Positions 18,401 to 28,026 of a stretch of DNA of 32,686 bases are shown one piece after another. A model generated the notes under the pieces. That model made no database searches, was not told where the DNA came from, and saw only the letters and a list, made by a program, of their open reading frames with translations. The number at the start of each line of letters is the position of its first letter. The stretch's first letter is position 1. The stretch covers positions 1-32,686 of the forward strand of contig JBBQCU010000001.1 of NCBI GenBank assembly GCA_038319065.1, in the 5' to 3' direction. The stretch comes from Methylococcales bacterium (GTDB taxonomy: Bacteria > Pseudomonadota > Gammaproteobacteria > Methylococcales > Methylomonadaceae). The position numbers were made by a program, and so were the translations under genes.

Positions 18401-18732
18401 CATTCGTAGGTAGGACTGTCACTAAGGTTGGTAGAACCACAGGCAGGACTCAAGGAGTGGTGACCAAAATAGGCGTGAACACATACAGTCATATAGTTCA
18501 AAGGCTAATACTACGGGATCAAGTTTTTGCGACTTATACATCTGACCACGGAGACAGTGGAGCGCCCATCATCGGAGGTTATTTTCCTAATCCGGACCAC
18601 GACCCAGTTGACACCACGCTCTTAGGCATTAACTGGGGAAGTGGAAAAGGAGTAAGCGTTTACAGTCCCATCGGAGGCGTGGAAGCTGACCTTGGTCGAC
18701 TTAATACCTGTGCCTCCCAGTTTAATTGCTGA
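15460..18732 (+). CDS. secreted LRR-PKD-Ig(Big_9-like x2)-bacterial repeat-S1 serine protease
   Basis: AAAGGA SD and signal peptide at 15460. Plant-type LRRs (NQLSGSIP), PKD (WEYGDG...HIYTSAGTY), two PPVANNQ...DSFxFKVNDG repeats, an internal YLPLIAR, a prodomain, and TNSHC / GDSG catalytic motifs. Confidence 0.88.
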   Translation: MNSRLFVFRLGILVLILTALLAFSLVVQGSQQFSSSSLTSNEDRGVTANSTPLAFSCNNVTEIPKIECNALVALYNSTNGTNWTNHAGWLTTSTPCSWYSVTCNTRHITELFLYNNNLNGIIPLELSNLPSLQKLNLSFNGLNGNIPAQLGNFNNLLELTLAFNQLSGSIPVELSNLSSLAYLDLTGNQLSGNLPSGLGNLNALSTLLLSRNQLSGSAPSELGNLVNLQYLYLDNNLFDGALPENLVNLTSLAYFWFQNTNLCEPEDPTFQTWLDSIFELNRTGVICAAPPSAEFDAWPQNGNAPLTVSMHIVSTANINNCAWEYGDGQTGNSCTAYHDHIYTSAGTYTIKLTVSGPGGSNTMTRNNDIVVSASPVNTPPVANNQNVTTAQNTVANITLTALDADNDPLSYLIVSSPSHGAFSSVASNVIYMPASGFSGIDSFMFKVNDGKTDSNIAIVNITITSQTPCYTLTTSVSPGNGGTVATTPSSNCQGNKYMQSTGVLLSATANPGYIFSHWSGSVSSNANPLTVAMDADKNITANFDLIASTSTSTPAPNATSTTTPVSPINTPPVANNQSVTPAQNTAKSITLTATDANNDPLTYIVVSNPSHGALSGTPPNLLYTPTGDFNGADSFTFKVNDGQADSNIATVNIAVTPSQPTTTATYLPLIARENVVETIDDLFAIVGERAPGFGGMYVDDEQDILYVYMQGGNLEAAVVALRDVFGNENLPSNVQVLQAQFSFLQLKQWHDRMAEHVFAIPGVLQTDIDDAKNLLSVGVENQEARDQVKKKLTELDIPTTAVNIEDVAPIKPDQSITDFHRLGTNIKNTAPNEFNQSITGFHRPLVGGLQIQTFFDPVNGETCTLGFIAIRHGVRGFVTNSHCSTTLAGVDQNVYYQPTVIEGGEIQDNNQIGIETVDPNGSDCFKIFKCRRSDSLFGKLQAAPYPDEEIPANLGFIALPTLNSLAWDGVSSFRIIREAPSFVGRTVTKVGRTTGRTQGVVTKIGVNTYSHIVQRLILRDQVFATYTSDHGDSGAPIIGGYFPNPDHDPVDTTLLGINWGSGKGVSVYSPIGGVEADLGRLNTCASQFNC
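17881..17988 (+). repeat. imperfect tandem duplication with 66-nt period
   Basis: APIKPDQSITDFHR / APNEFNQSITGFHR, with starts at 17881 and 17947. Confidence 0.75.
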
Positions 18733-18958
18733 TCCGGGCGCGCCAACACTTTCTGAAAAAAATATTTTGTGAGACTAACGTTTGTCGGTAGATTCATTTT
18801 CCATATGGTCTGCGCCAATCGATAGCCTCCACAGAGAGTATGGTAAGTGTTGCAAAAGTCATTTTGCGCTTGTTCTTGATAGATGATGATTCTATGCTAT
18901 CGATATAATCTTAGTCGGACAATCAGGATAAGAATCATCCCAACCAATCTGCGTAATC

Positions 18959-19288
18959 CTAATTCCGTGGAATTTTGAAGTATATTGGTGGTATAGGAAC
19001 AACCAAGAAATCAATAACATCAAAGGACTGCAATGAGTATACGCTAATAAAAAGCAGACTAACAATAAGAACGATTAGATTAAGAATATGAAATACCCTA
19101 ATCAAAATGTAATATTTTGGCCTCCTTCTTAGCTTTCTATGCTTGAAAAGTAGAGTTCTATAAATAAACGTGAAGATTGCAAATAAAAGAAACCCAAACG
19201 AGAAAGATGGCATCCCAAAAAAAACTGCATGAAGGGCAAGAAGAACATAGATCATGCTCATTACAAGCAATAACTTACTTACCAACAT
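18959..19288 (-). CDS. small AT-rich integral membrane protein
   Basis: Three hydrophobic segments with a basic loop; no strong SD. Confidence 0.45.
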   Translation of the reverse strand: MLVSKLLLVMSMIYVLLALHAVFFGMPSFSFGFLLFAIFTFIYRTLLFKHRKLRRRPKYYILIRVFHILNLIVLIVSLLFISVYSLQSFDVIDFLVVPIPPIYFKIPRN

Positions 19289-19597
19289 AGATTCATAGTA
19301 TGAGATGTAATATAAATTATCAAGACCTCTTAAGTAGAGCCATTACATTCCTCTGTACCTGTGAAGAATGGTATCCTCCTGTATTGCAGCTTGGCTTACA
19401 AACACTCCTCATAATACTACACGGAATCAAAACTCAACGCCGCCTACTTCACTCCCGACACTACCCCTCCGTTGCCCAACCGGCTGCTGGAGTGGCCTTG
19501 ACCGTGTGGTACACTGGGAAAGCCGCAAGCCAGGCCGGCCTACGATCTGACGAACGCCTACCGAAGTGACAGGTGTACTAAACTCACCTGCCGTGTA

Positions 19598-19651
19598 AGA
19601 AACCGCCTAAAACGCCCGTAGCAGCGATTTCGATGGTTTAGCCATAAAAAG
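19598..19651 (+). repeat. dispersed intergenic repeat, copy A
   Basis: AGAAACCGCCTAAAACGCCCGTAGCAGCGATTTCGATGGTTAGCCATAAAAAGG; 47/54 identical to copy C. Confidence 0.8.
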
Positions 19652-20213
19652 GGCGATGCACGAGGGGGGTTGAATATAACCCCTTAAGGTATCCATCACT
19701 TTTCTCTTACGTTTTGAGATATTCGTAGGATCTTAAATAGCTATTTTGTGATATAGTAAAATCTACAAAACTTCTTCTGACCTGCCCCCTGTCTTTCATC
19801 CAACCGTCATGAGAGAAAAATGGTTGAGGCGAAAGACGGCATAAGCGATCCACAGCATTGACTGACAACTCTGATGCTTGCTTGTGCTGAAGTGCATGAT
19901 AGCAATAGCTATCGTGTAAGCATCGGGACAGTTGGCGTTGAAGGTATAGTACGTGAAGTAACTCTTTTCGCCTTTAAACAAGGTATCGCTGCTCCACTGG
20001 TTTTGTTGATTTATGCAGTCACTAGAGCTTCCCTGGATCAATTTATTCAAAGTAATTACCACTAAAATTATTACTCTGATAACATAAATTTTAACGGTCT
20101 AGCCGGGTTATAGACTCAGCAGTACGCTCAAAACGGCGGATCACGGACCCTCATGGAGTAACAATAAGTTTACATTTATTTAAATTTAACATTTTTAGAT
20201 TACTCACTACTAT

Positions 20214-21917
20214 TTAAAATGGTATAGTCTCATCGCGACAAATCGGACCATTCAAACGTTGTACAACAGCGGATGAGCCGAATCTGTACAACAGTTTGTA
20301 ATCACTATAGATACTTAACGGAATTGCATTTACATCTTCGATGATAGCGAATGAGAAACTGCTATTCACTATCAAATACTTTGGGAAATCATGTCTACTG
20401 TTGAACTTAGCGACATTAATGATATCTTCAGTACGAGGTGAGATTCGAGGATTACCCAAAACATCGACATGAAGCCAGTAGGCTGTTACCCAATGACTAA
20501 CCCAATAATCAACACAACCGGTAGGAATGTTTTTTTTAGCCCAAAGTCCAGCTTTATATACTTGATCGTTTATAGGAGAAAATAAGGGTTGGAGAGGCAA
20601 ACCACGTTGTATTGCTACTATAAACACAAGGATTGGTAAAAATAAAGTCAATTTGTACCAGCATATTCGCCAAATAGATGATCCGATATTCCCGAGGATA
20701 TGGCAAATGGCATCAAGAGTGACCGCTGCACAGATAGCCATTGGATAGATTAGCAGATAAAACTGCTTGTACATCATATAATAACTCGATAGGTGATTTA
20801 GCGCCAGCCACCAAAAGACAACAATTTGAATAAGAGTAGCGCCGAAGAATAGGACAATAGGGAGTGTACGTCGCACCTGCACACTCAGAGCGACTCCCAA
20901 AGTACTCAGTATGAGTAAGGGCAAGCTATAAACGTTAATGGATGGCAGCAGAACTGTTCCTTCGTTGGTAATCAGTCCTGCCGATGAAGCTATTTGGCCG
21001 AATTTATAGACAACGCTTAAAACAACAAGCGGGAATACAGCGGCGGTAAGCCAAACAATCTTATTAAAAGGAGACACATCTCGCTTGAAAATTAGTATAA
21101 GTGTAAATACCCCAAGCGGGATTAAAATACAGCCTGGCCATATAAGCAAAACGGTACTCTCCATTAATGTGAAGAATGCCAAAATATATTTTGAGTAGTG
21201 TTCATGCCAGATCACAAGAGACCAAAGTGCCGCTATCAAGAACGTCTCAGCAGTAACCATCGCGTAAAAGTACCAAGCCGTGAACGAATACAAAAAGTAA
21301 CCATACGGTAGCAGGAGCAAGGCTGTTCCTGCAATTGCAATCCCAACGGTACACCTTGATGGTGTTATCAAGCGCCTGATGATATTGTATATAATACCGG
21401 CTTTGACTGCGACCAGGAACGCCAAGAGTGGATGAAGGATATAAAGGCTTTTTGTATTTAACCAGGCGGCCATTAAGGCTGCCAGTATATGGCTACCAGG
21501 TGGATAGACTGTCATCTCAACAAGATAACGCTCCCAGGATGGATCATGAACCAATGTATGATGCTGGGATATAAAATCAATAAGAAGAAGATGATTTACC
21601 AGATCTCCAGATTGAGTCACTGGTAGATAAGATGGGCGGGCCAGTGAAAGGACATATAAGAACATAGAGATAACCACAACAGCAAATCCGAAAATTCCCC
21701 ACCCATCAAGTTTAATGGTCGAAAGATAATTGCTTCGTCGGATCCAAAACAATGTCATAGTGACTGCTATCAATGCCAAAATAAGCACCGAAGCTGGATT
21801 AATAGAATACCCGATGGTACCTAAGATATAGGCTGTGAGAATAAAGGTAGCAAGCAAAGCTACAAGAAGCCCGGATGTGACTTCCGCCAACGTAAGTTTT
21901 AATTTGCTGTGGGTCAC
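20214..21917 (-). CDS. GT-C-fold multi-pass membrane glycosyltransferase-like protein
   Basis: About 13 hydrophobic segments and a loop motif GDLVNH...YPPGSH. The track start (22142) lies inside a MITE; in-frame GTG 21917 is preferred. Confidence 0.7.
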   Translation of the reverse strand: MTHSKLKLTLAEVTSGLLVALLATFILTAYILGTIGYSINPASVLILALIAVTMTLFWIRRSNYLSTIKLDGWGIFGFAVVVISMFLYVLSLARPSYLPVTQSGDLVNHLLLIDFISQHHTLVHDPSWERYLVEMTVYPPGSHILAALMAAWLNTKSLYILHPLLAFLVAVKAGIIYNIIRRLITPSRCTVGIAIAGTALLLLPYGYFLYSFTAWYFYAMVTAETFLIAALWSLVIWHEHYSKYILAFFTLMESTVLLIWPGCILIPLGVFTLILIFKRDVSPFNKIVWLTAAVFPLVVLSVVYKFGQIASSAGLITNEGTVLLPSINVYSLPLLILSTLGVALSVQVRRTLPIVLFFGATLIQIVVFWWLALNHLSSYYMMYKQFYLLIYPMAICAAVTLDAICHILGNIGSSIWRICWYKLTLFLPILVFIVAIQRGLPLQPLFSPINDQVYKAGLWAKKNIPTGCVDYWVSHWVTAYWLHVDVLGNPRISPRTEDIINVAKFNSRHDFPKYLIVNSSFSFAIIEDVNAIPLSIYSDYKLLYRFGSSAVVQRLNGPICRDETIPF

Positions 21918-22036
21918 ACTATTGATTATATAACATTGATTATATAACGCAACTACCGCTGAAACTGAACTGGAGTACACCGTAAGTTTGCGCGAAAAAG
22001 TATGATTTGCAGCAGAATAGTAAGGGATATATCGGG

Positions 22037-22263
22037 CAGGGCAATCGCGTCTAAAATAGTTGAAACGTCCCACGATGATCGTGCTTTTACTGAAAATTAG
22101 ATCAAGATTACCCACTTTGCAGAGATTTGGCGTTGTCGGCAATTAAAATCAGTTTAAGCGTGGCACCAGTTAATTGAAAAAAGTGGGACAAAGACTGCGA
22201 TTTTTGGGAGTATCTTGATGCTAAAGTGGGCTGGCAGCCTCAAATTAAGACGCGATTGCCCTG
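22037..22263. mobile_element. ISAs1-family-derived MITE (227 bp)
   Basis: Terminal inverted repeats CAGGGCAATCGCGTCT (16 perfect, 19/21 overall) flanked by the 10-bp direct repeat ATATATCGGG (22027-22036, 22264-22273). Confidence 0.88.
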
Positions 22264-22351
22264 ATATATCGGGGAGGTATTACTATTTTCTTGCAAACTT
22301 CTTCGCTTTTTTCGTGAAAAATTACATGGCCATAATGATGGAGATATTGCG

Positions 22352-25300
22352 ATGAAGATTCGCCGACTCAATACACAATTACACATCCTGCTTACTGTAG
22401 TGTTTAGCCTTTTCCTTTGGTTTCCTATTGCTGGCATTCCTGCGGTAGCAACAGAGCAGACGAAGATTGATGGCTTTGGTATTAATTCACCTCACTTACG
22501 AGTAGGTATAAAAGAAACGACCAAAGCGATCGGCGTGCAACAAGTGATGGGTGTGCGGTGGGCGCGGGAGGAGATTCCCTGGGGTGAAGTTGAGGTGAAA
22601 GCCGGCTCTTTTCGGTGGGCTTATGATTTTGACAAAACTCGTGGGCGCGACTTTGATTTGCTGCTTACTACGTTGGCAGCACACCATATTCAGATGGTTG
22701 CGGTGCTTGACTATGCTCCGGGCTATCTTAGCGGCAGCCCCGTGCCTGCAGATCAACTAATTAAACGCTGGCAGGGATATGTCCAGGCCGTAGTAAATCA
22801 TTTTGGAAATCAGATTAATTACTGGGAAATCGGGAATGAGATGAACAGTCGATTCTTTTGGGGTAAGGTGGTTAATGAACCAGATAGCCCTGCTGAACCC
22901 GATCCTATTTTGTACACGCGGATGTTGCGTGTTGCGTATGATATCATCAAACAACATAACCCGAAAGACGTAGTGATTCTAGGCGGATTAGCTGGCTATT
23001 ACAGCGATTTAACTGATTGTTCGACAAATTATTTCAAGTATTTAGGTGAAATCCATAAAGCAGGCGCCTGGAATGCTTTTGATATCATTGCTGTTCATCC
23101 CTATCATGTAGGGCCTGGTGACATTGGTCAGCCTCCTGAAGCTTTCATTGAGCGCGGTCTGTCTTATGATGCGACTAGTGGCACATGTCAGACTGCCACT
23201 AGTCGCTACAATCTGATTAGTGAAATTCGGACTATCCGTAATCTGACCGAGATATACGGTGCTAAACCAATCTGGATTACTGAGATTGGTTGGAGCCAAG
23301 CATGGTTACAAACCTTGGCCGCCCGTCGCACTGCTGCTCCTGACAAAGTAGCAGCTGATTATCTGGTTCGCACCTACACTCCTCTGCTTTCTGAACCAGG
23401 CGTCGAAAAAGTCTTCTGGTACACTCAATACGATGATCCAAATATACCAGGCTTTGGTTTGGGCTCATCTGCTCAACTGGCGTTTACCAACCTTTCTGCT
23501 TTACTCACGGGGAGTCAGCCGCTTGGTCAATTCCAGGGGCAAAATGATCAGGGCCAGGCTGAAGCGGACGATGTTTACGAATATCGATTTACCAAAGATA
23601 ACCAACTTATCATTGTCATTTGGCGAGCACGTGGTGGTGATACGGCACGCAATGTGAAAGTAACTAGTCTAAACACGAATACTCTTCGCAGCTATCAACT
23701 CGATGATACTAATTTATCAGCAGGGGGCGGGCGCGAACTTACTGTTGATAATGGTGTGCTAACAATTAGCCTGACCGAACGCCCCGTCTTTCTCATTGCT
23801 AAACAGATTAATCTGACCGATAACGCTCAATATGTCAAAGACGTGACGATTCCCGATGGCACTTTGTTTCCACCTAACAAAGTTTTCCGCAAAACTTGGC
23901 GTATGCGTAACAATGGCCAGACCACTTGGGGTGCTGGTTACCAGCTTGTTTTCGTAGATGGCAACCGCCTAACCAGCAATAATGTTAATCTACCTGCAAA
24001 TATTTCGCCTGGGAATGAGGTGGATATCAGTGTAGATATGGTGGCACCATCCACAGGTGGTACTTACCGCGCCAATTGGCAGCTCCAAAATGCGCAGGGT
24101 AATCGCTTTGGTGAGGCGGTTTTCGTAGAAATAAGTGTCCCAGGCTTGTCAACCCCGACTCCTCAAGCTACACGGACTGCGACTGGTAACTCGATTGACG
24201 ATCTAGGACTCTTTGCCAATGTTACCATCCCAGATGGCACGCTTTTCCCGCCTGGTAAACTTTTTCGCAAGACCTGGCAGGTCAGAAATAGCGGCCAAAC
24301 CACCTGGGGGACTGACTACAGACTGGTTCTTGTGGGTGGTGATCGCCTGAATGCCGTTGATCTGACCCTGCCGGTCAGGGTAGCCCCAAACGACATTATC
24401 GAGGTAGGTCTAAATATGCAAGCGCCGATGGCTGGGGGTATCTACAAAGGTGATTGGCGGATGCAAAACGCACAGGGCAATCCTTTTGGCGCCGAACTAC
24501 ATGTCGAGATTGAAGTACCCAAATTGCCTGTGCCGGTTATCTCCTTTACCGCCGAACGCACCACGCTGAATGCTGGTGAATGTACAGGATTAAATTGGAA
24601 GGTTGAGAATGCAATTGCTGTGCATCTGGGAGGTATTGCGGTTAATAAACAAGCCAGCCAGCAGGTTTGTCCAGCCGCAACACAGACATACAAATTGCGG
24701 GTCTTTGACCTCAATGGCGGCGAAACTGAGCGCACACTCACTCTTCAGGTGAACCCTGCGGCTACTGCCCAGATCGATTTCAGAGCTGATAGTACTACAC
24801 TCAATGCTGGCGAGTGTACGACGCTACATTGGGATATTGAGCAAGTGCGTGAGGTTTATTTGGATGGTCAGGGAGTCACAGGGCACAACAGCAAAAAGGT
24901 CTGTCCATCTGCAACTCAAACATATACACTTAAAGTTATACGCCAGGATGGGAGCCAAGAGGAGCGTTCGATGACCATTCAGGTGAATACTTCCACTCAA
25001 GGCACGACAACAGCTGGCATAGTCTGTGGACAATATATCCGGATCAATCAATCACCAGATAAACTACCTGCCTTCCAGCCATACGGCACCAATGAAGTCT
25101 GGATCTTCGATCCGATCATTTTTGAACGCTATTTATCAGATAAGTTTCAGGAGGGGAGCTACGTACAAATCGACAATCCATCCTTCGGTGATGATAGACC
25201 ACCGGCATGGGGTTACGCCAGAGTCAGATATATGGAAGATTCGGATGATGAGACGATTGTCTCTAATTGCGGCACCACACCTGTCGTGCCGACACCTACG

Positions 25301-26521
25301 CCGCCGGACCAACAAAACAATCTAACTCAGCTTCGGGAAAAGATTCTGTCACACATCAGCAACGCAGCAGTTTCAACGGATTACCCCCAACAGGCTCAAC
25401 AACTTGTGGATGTACTGCTCACCCATCTGGATAACTTCCAACTTGCTAATGTAGGCATTACTAAGCAGACGATGATCCAAGCGTTGAATAAAGGTGATGT
25501 TGGGGTAAGAGTGAATGCGGCTGCCCAAGCGATCTGGGGTCTATGGGCAGATCGAGCAAAGCAAGGCGGATTCAATGCAACTGACACTGACCCAGGTAGT
25601 TTTGCAGATATTTCTCCTTTCCGTCAACTGATGATTCGCATGATGCAAGGACGCCAGGGAAACCTGAGTGATGCTGAGCAACACGCGCTCTATAGCTACT
25701 TCACCAGAAAGGAAGACGCTCAGACCTGGAAGGACAACATGAATGGCATCATTGGCGCTGTAAATCGCGAAAGTTTTAAAGTAGAAAACCCGCCACCGAT
25801 TGCTACTCCTCAAGCACCAAGTAAAACAAATAATCTCGAGCTGATTCTCATTCCTGCCGGAAACTTTACGATGGGGAGCAGTGATACAGATATACAAGCA
25901 GCGGTAGCCGAATGCAACGCCACTGAGGGTAACTGTAAGGAAGAGTGGTTTGGCACCGAAAAACCAACTCGCTCAGTTTTTGTTGACACCTTCAAGATGA
26001 GCAAGTATGAAGTTACCAATTCGCAATATAAGATGTGTGTGGACGCAGGTGTTTGTCAAGCAGCGGGTCGCAATATTGCAGATAATAGTATCCCCTACAA
26101 AAAGGGCTTCTTTGCTGATAACTTTCCCGTTGTTGGTGTTGGCTGGAATGATGCCAACACTTTCTGCAGCTGGGTCGGTGGCCGGTTACCAACAGAGGAA
26201 GAGTGGGAAAAAGCAGCACGGGGAGCTAGTGATCAAAGACGGTATCCCTGGGGAAATGAGTTTGATCCGTCCAAAGCAAATCTTTCGTCGGGATTCCCAA
26301 CTACAATTGGGAGTTATCCAGCCGGAGCTAGTCCTTATGGCATGATGGATATGGCTGGCAATGTGTTTGAGTGGACAGCGACAGCCGTTGACGATAAGTA
26401 TGTAGTACGTAGTGGCGGGTGGAGTAAGTATCCTTTCAGAGGGCGAGTAACAGATCGCGGGACAAAACTTTCACCTAGTTTTGCTAACTATGATATTGGT
26501 TTTCGTTGTGCCAATCAATGA
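22352..26521 (+). CDS. secreted clan GH-A (GH5/GH39-like) hydrolase + 2 NBR1-like Ig + 2 Ig-like repeats + FGE-sulfatase domain
   Basis: GGAG SD and signal peptide. WEIGNE and IWITEIG catalytic Glu motifs, (D/N)VTIPDGT...FRKTW x2, TTLNAGECT x2, then RLPTEEEWEKAARG...GFRCA. Confidence 0.88.
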   Translation: MKIRRLNTQLHILLTVVFSLFLWFPIAGIPAVATEQTKIDGFGINSPHLRVGIKETTKAIGVQQVMGVRWAREEIPWGEVEVKAGSFRWAYDFDKTRGRDFDLLLTTLAAHHIQMVAVLDYAPGYLSGSPVPADQLIKRWQGYVQAVVNHFGNQINYWEIGNEMNSRFFWGKVVNEPDSPAEPDPILYTRMLRVAYDIIKQHNPKDVVILGGLAGYYSDLTDCSTNYFKYLGEIHKAGAWNAFDIIAVHPYHVGPGDIGQPPEAFIERGLSYDATSGTCQTATSRYNLISEIRTIRNLTEIYGAKPIWITEIGWSQAWLQTLAARRTAAPDKVAADYLVRTYTPLLSEPGVEKVFWYTQYDDPNIPGFGLGSSAQLAFTNLSALLTGSQPLGQFQGQNDQGQAEADDVYEYRFTKDNQLIIVIWRARGGDTARNVKVTSLNTNTLRSYQLDDTNLSAGGGRELTVDNGVLTISLTERPVFLIAKQINLTDNAQYVKDVTIPDGTLFPPNKVFRKTWRMRNNGQTTWGAGYQLVFVDGNRLTSNNVNLPANISPGNEVDISVDMVAPSTGGTYRANWQLQNAQGNRFGEAVFVEISVPGLSTPTPQATRTATGNSIDDLGLFANVTIPDGTLFPPGKLFRKTWQVRNSGQTTWGTDYRLVLVGGDRLNAVDLTLPVRVAPNDIIEVGLNMQAPMAGGIYKGDWRMQNAQGNPFGAELHVEIEVPKLPVPVISFTAERTTLNAGECTGLNWKVENAIAVHLGGIAVNKQASQQVCPAATQTYKLRVFDLNGGETERTLTLQVNPAATAQIDFRADSTTLNAGECTTLHWDIEQVREVYLDGQGVTGHNSKKVCPSATQTYTLKVIRQDGSQEERSMTIQVNTSTQGTTTAGIVCGQYIRINQSPDKLPAFQPYGTNEVWIFDPIIFERYLSDKFQEGSYVQIDNPSFGDDRPPAWGYARVRYMEDSDDETIVSNCGTTPVVPTPTPPDQQNNLTQLREKILSHISNAAVSTDYPQQAQQLVDVLLTHLDNFQLANVGITKQTMIQALNKGDVGVRVNAAAQAIWGLWADRAKQGGFNATDTDPGSFADISPFRQLMIRMMQGRQGNLSDAEQHALYSYFTRKEDAQTWKDNMNGIIGAVNRESFKVENPPPIATPQAPSKTNNLELILIPAGNFTMGSSDTDIQAAVAECNATEGNCKEEWFGTEKPTRSVFVDTFKMSKYEVTNSQYKMCVDAGVCQAAGRNIADNSIPYKKGFFADNFPVVGVGWNDANTFCSWVGGRLPTEEEWEKAARGASDQRRYPWGNEFDPSKANLSSGFPTTIGSYPAGASPYGMMDMAGNVFEWTATAVDDKYVVRSGGWSKYPFRGRVTDRGTKLSPSFANYDIGFRCANQ

Positions 26522-26539
26522 TAGATAATCTTGTCTCTA

Positions 26540-27631
26540 TCATACGATTAACGAATCAATGCCTAGCAATACGCCCATCAGATAGATGGGAAATGTGCAA
26601 GCGTACATCTGGGCAACGATTAAAAGTGGTTTTCTTTTGCTGATAGCTCCATAGGCAATCAAGCCGAGCACAACACCGGTCGCCACTCTACTACTTGAGA
26701 TAAGCTCCATATACGAGTAATGCGACAGAAAGGTGATCATCGCAATATTGGCGAGCCACGCAAACAATAGCGGATCAAGCTTTTGCTGCCACAAAAGCTT
26801 CACGGCGAGAATACCAGAAATGGTGGTTGGGATGAGGATGAGCAGAACTAATAACCAAAATTTTCTCGGTGTATCCAAATGAAAGAATATGCCATAAAAC
26901 GGGATAGTCTCAAACGGCGGGGTAAACGTTACTCCCGTTTTTCCAAAGATGCGGGCGAGTATGACAAGCCATACCATCAATGGTAACACGCCCAAAAGCG
27001 TAAATCTACATACATCACGCCATTGGTGCTTAATCAAGAAAAAAACGATATAACCAATCGGGAAGAGCACAGCCGTCTCTCGAGAAAAGGCCGCGATCCC
27101 TAATACCAATGCGGCTAACGTTTTCTGCTGTCTGCCGAACAGCCAGATCCCCAAGCATACCCAAAAATAAGTAAACGGTTCGGTAGTATCGAACGTGAAC
27201 GCCGTCGCTTGTCCGAAATATAACCCATACCCCAGACTAAACCACGGGCTGACCTGATGCATCTCAAGCAGTCGAGCTAAAATTTCGACGCCTAAAACGA
27301 TAGCCAGCCAGTTGACGAAGAGTAAGGCGTAGGGAATGAGGTCAAGATTTCTGCCGCTGATCAGGCGTGCAAAGAGTGGGTAGAGCGTCCGTTGATAGCG
27401 AAACGGGGCATTATCCATAAACTGAGCTGCACCCAAGGGATTTACGGCAATTTGGTAAAAGAACTGCCCATCATAGCCCCAGGTACCGTTGGGATCGCCT
27501 TTGCCCCACACAGTGCCCAAGTGAATAAAATCGATAATTTGATACCCTTTCACCCTGATGAAAATGAGCAAAAGTGCAATATAGGTTAGACCGACCACTA
27601 TAGAAGGTCGAAACAGGTGTTGTTTACTCAT
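26540..27631 (-). CDS. GT-C-fold membrane protein (GYDGQ type, cell-surface glycopolymer related)
   Basis: GYDGQFFYQIAVNP...APFRYQRTLYP, DTTEP and SRET motifs; many TM helices. Confidence 0.75.
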   Translation of the reverse strand: MSKQHLFRPSIVVGLTYIALLLIFIRVKGYQIIDFIHLGTVWGKGDPNGTWGYDGQFFYQIAVNPLGAAQFMDNAPFRYQRTLYPLFARLISGRNLDLIPYALLFVNWLAIVLGVEILARLLEMHQVSPWFSLGYGLYFGQATAFTFDTTEPFTYFWVCLGIWLFGRQQKTLAALVLGIAAFSRETAVLFPIGYIVFFLIKHQWRDVCRFTLLGVLPLMVWLVILARIFGKTGVTFTPPFETIPFYGIFFHLDTPRKFWLLVLLILIPTTISGILAVKLLWQQKLDPLLFAWLANIAMITFLSHYSYMELISSSRVATGVVLGLIAYGAISKRKPLLIVAQMYACTFPIYLMGVLLGIDSLIV

Positions 27632-27808
27632 GCACTCACTTTAGTTCACACTAGCTTTGTCGCGTATGTATTAGTTTGTTTCACTAGTATGGAGCGTGTC
27701 TTAAATACCAAAAACGTTCATTTTTAAATTTATACAATGATTTAGCTCGTTATATCAAATTTAATTTATGTAACAACGCCGTTTAAATTCACAAAGCCTC
27801 GCGCATAA

Positions 27809-27892
27809 CCTGTGCTCATCAGACCGGGCAAGCCGATGGACAATGGCTATATCGAGCGTTTCAATGGCAAGTTTAGAGCTGAGTGTCTGAGT
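27809..27892 (+). pseudogene. IS3-family transposase (integrase core) remnant
   Basis: Translates as PVLIRPGKPMDNGYIERFNGKFRAECLS, the IS3/IS407-type catalytic-Glu region. No start codon or surrounding ORF. Confidence 0.85.
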
Positions 27893-28026
27893 AGCCAACC
27901 GATAGATAAAATTCAGAGGCAGATAAATTTGGTCTTTTATTTGGGATAGGTGCTGCGGTAGTGTATGCGCTGACCCAAACTCAAAAATTAAGTAGCACTA
28001 ATCTTGGATGGGTACCTCACTAGTGA

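Noticed and set aside
19430-19570. Possible degenerate integrase-core transposase fragment (FTPDT..., RKPGRPTI in different frames)
   Set aside because: It needs several frameshifts; too weak without a search.
19796-20065. Short ORFs on both strands downstream of the GT-C gene
   Set aside because: No SD or convincing motif; may be a decayed fragment.
6860-26521. FGE domains as diversity-generating retroelement targets
   Set aside because: No reverse transcriptase and no template-repeat copy of either 3' end was seen in the window.
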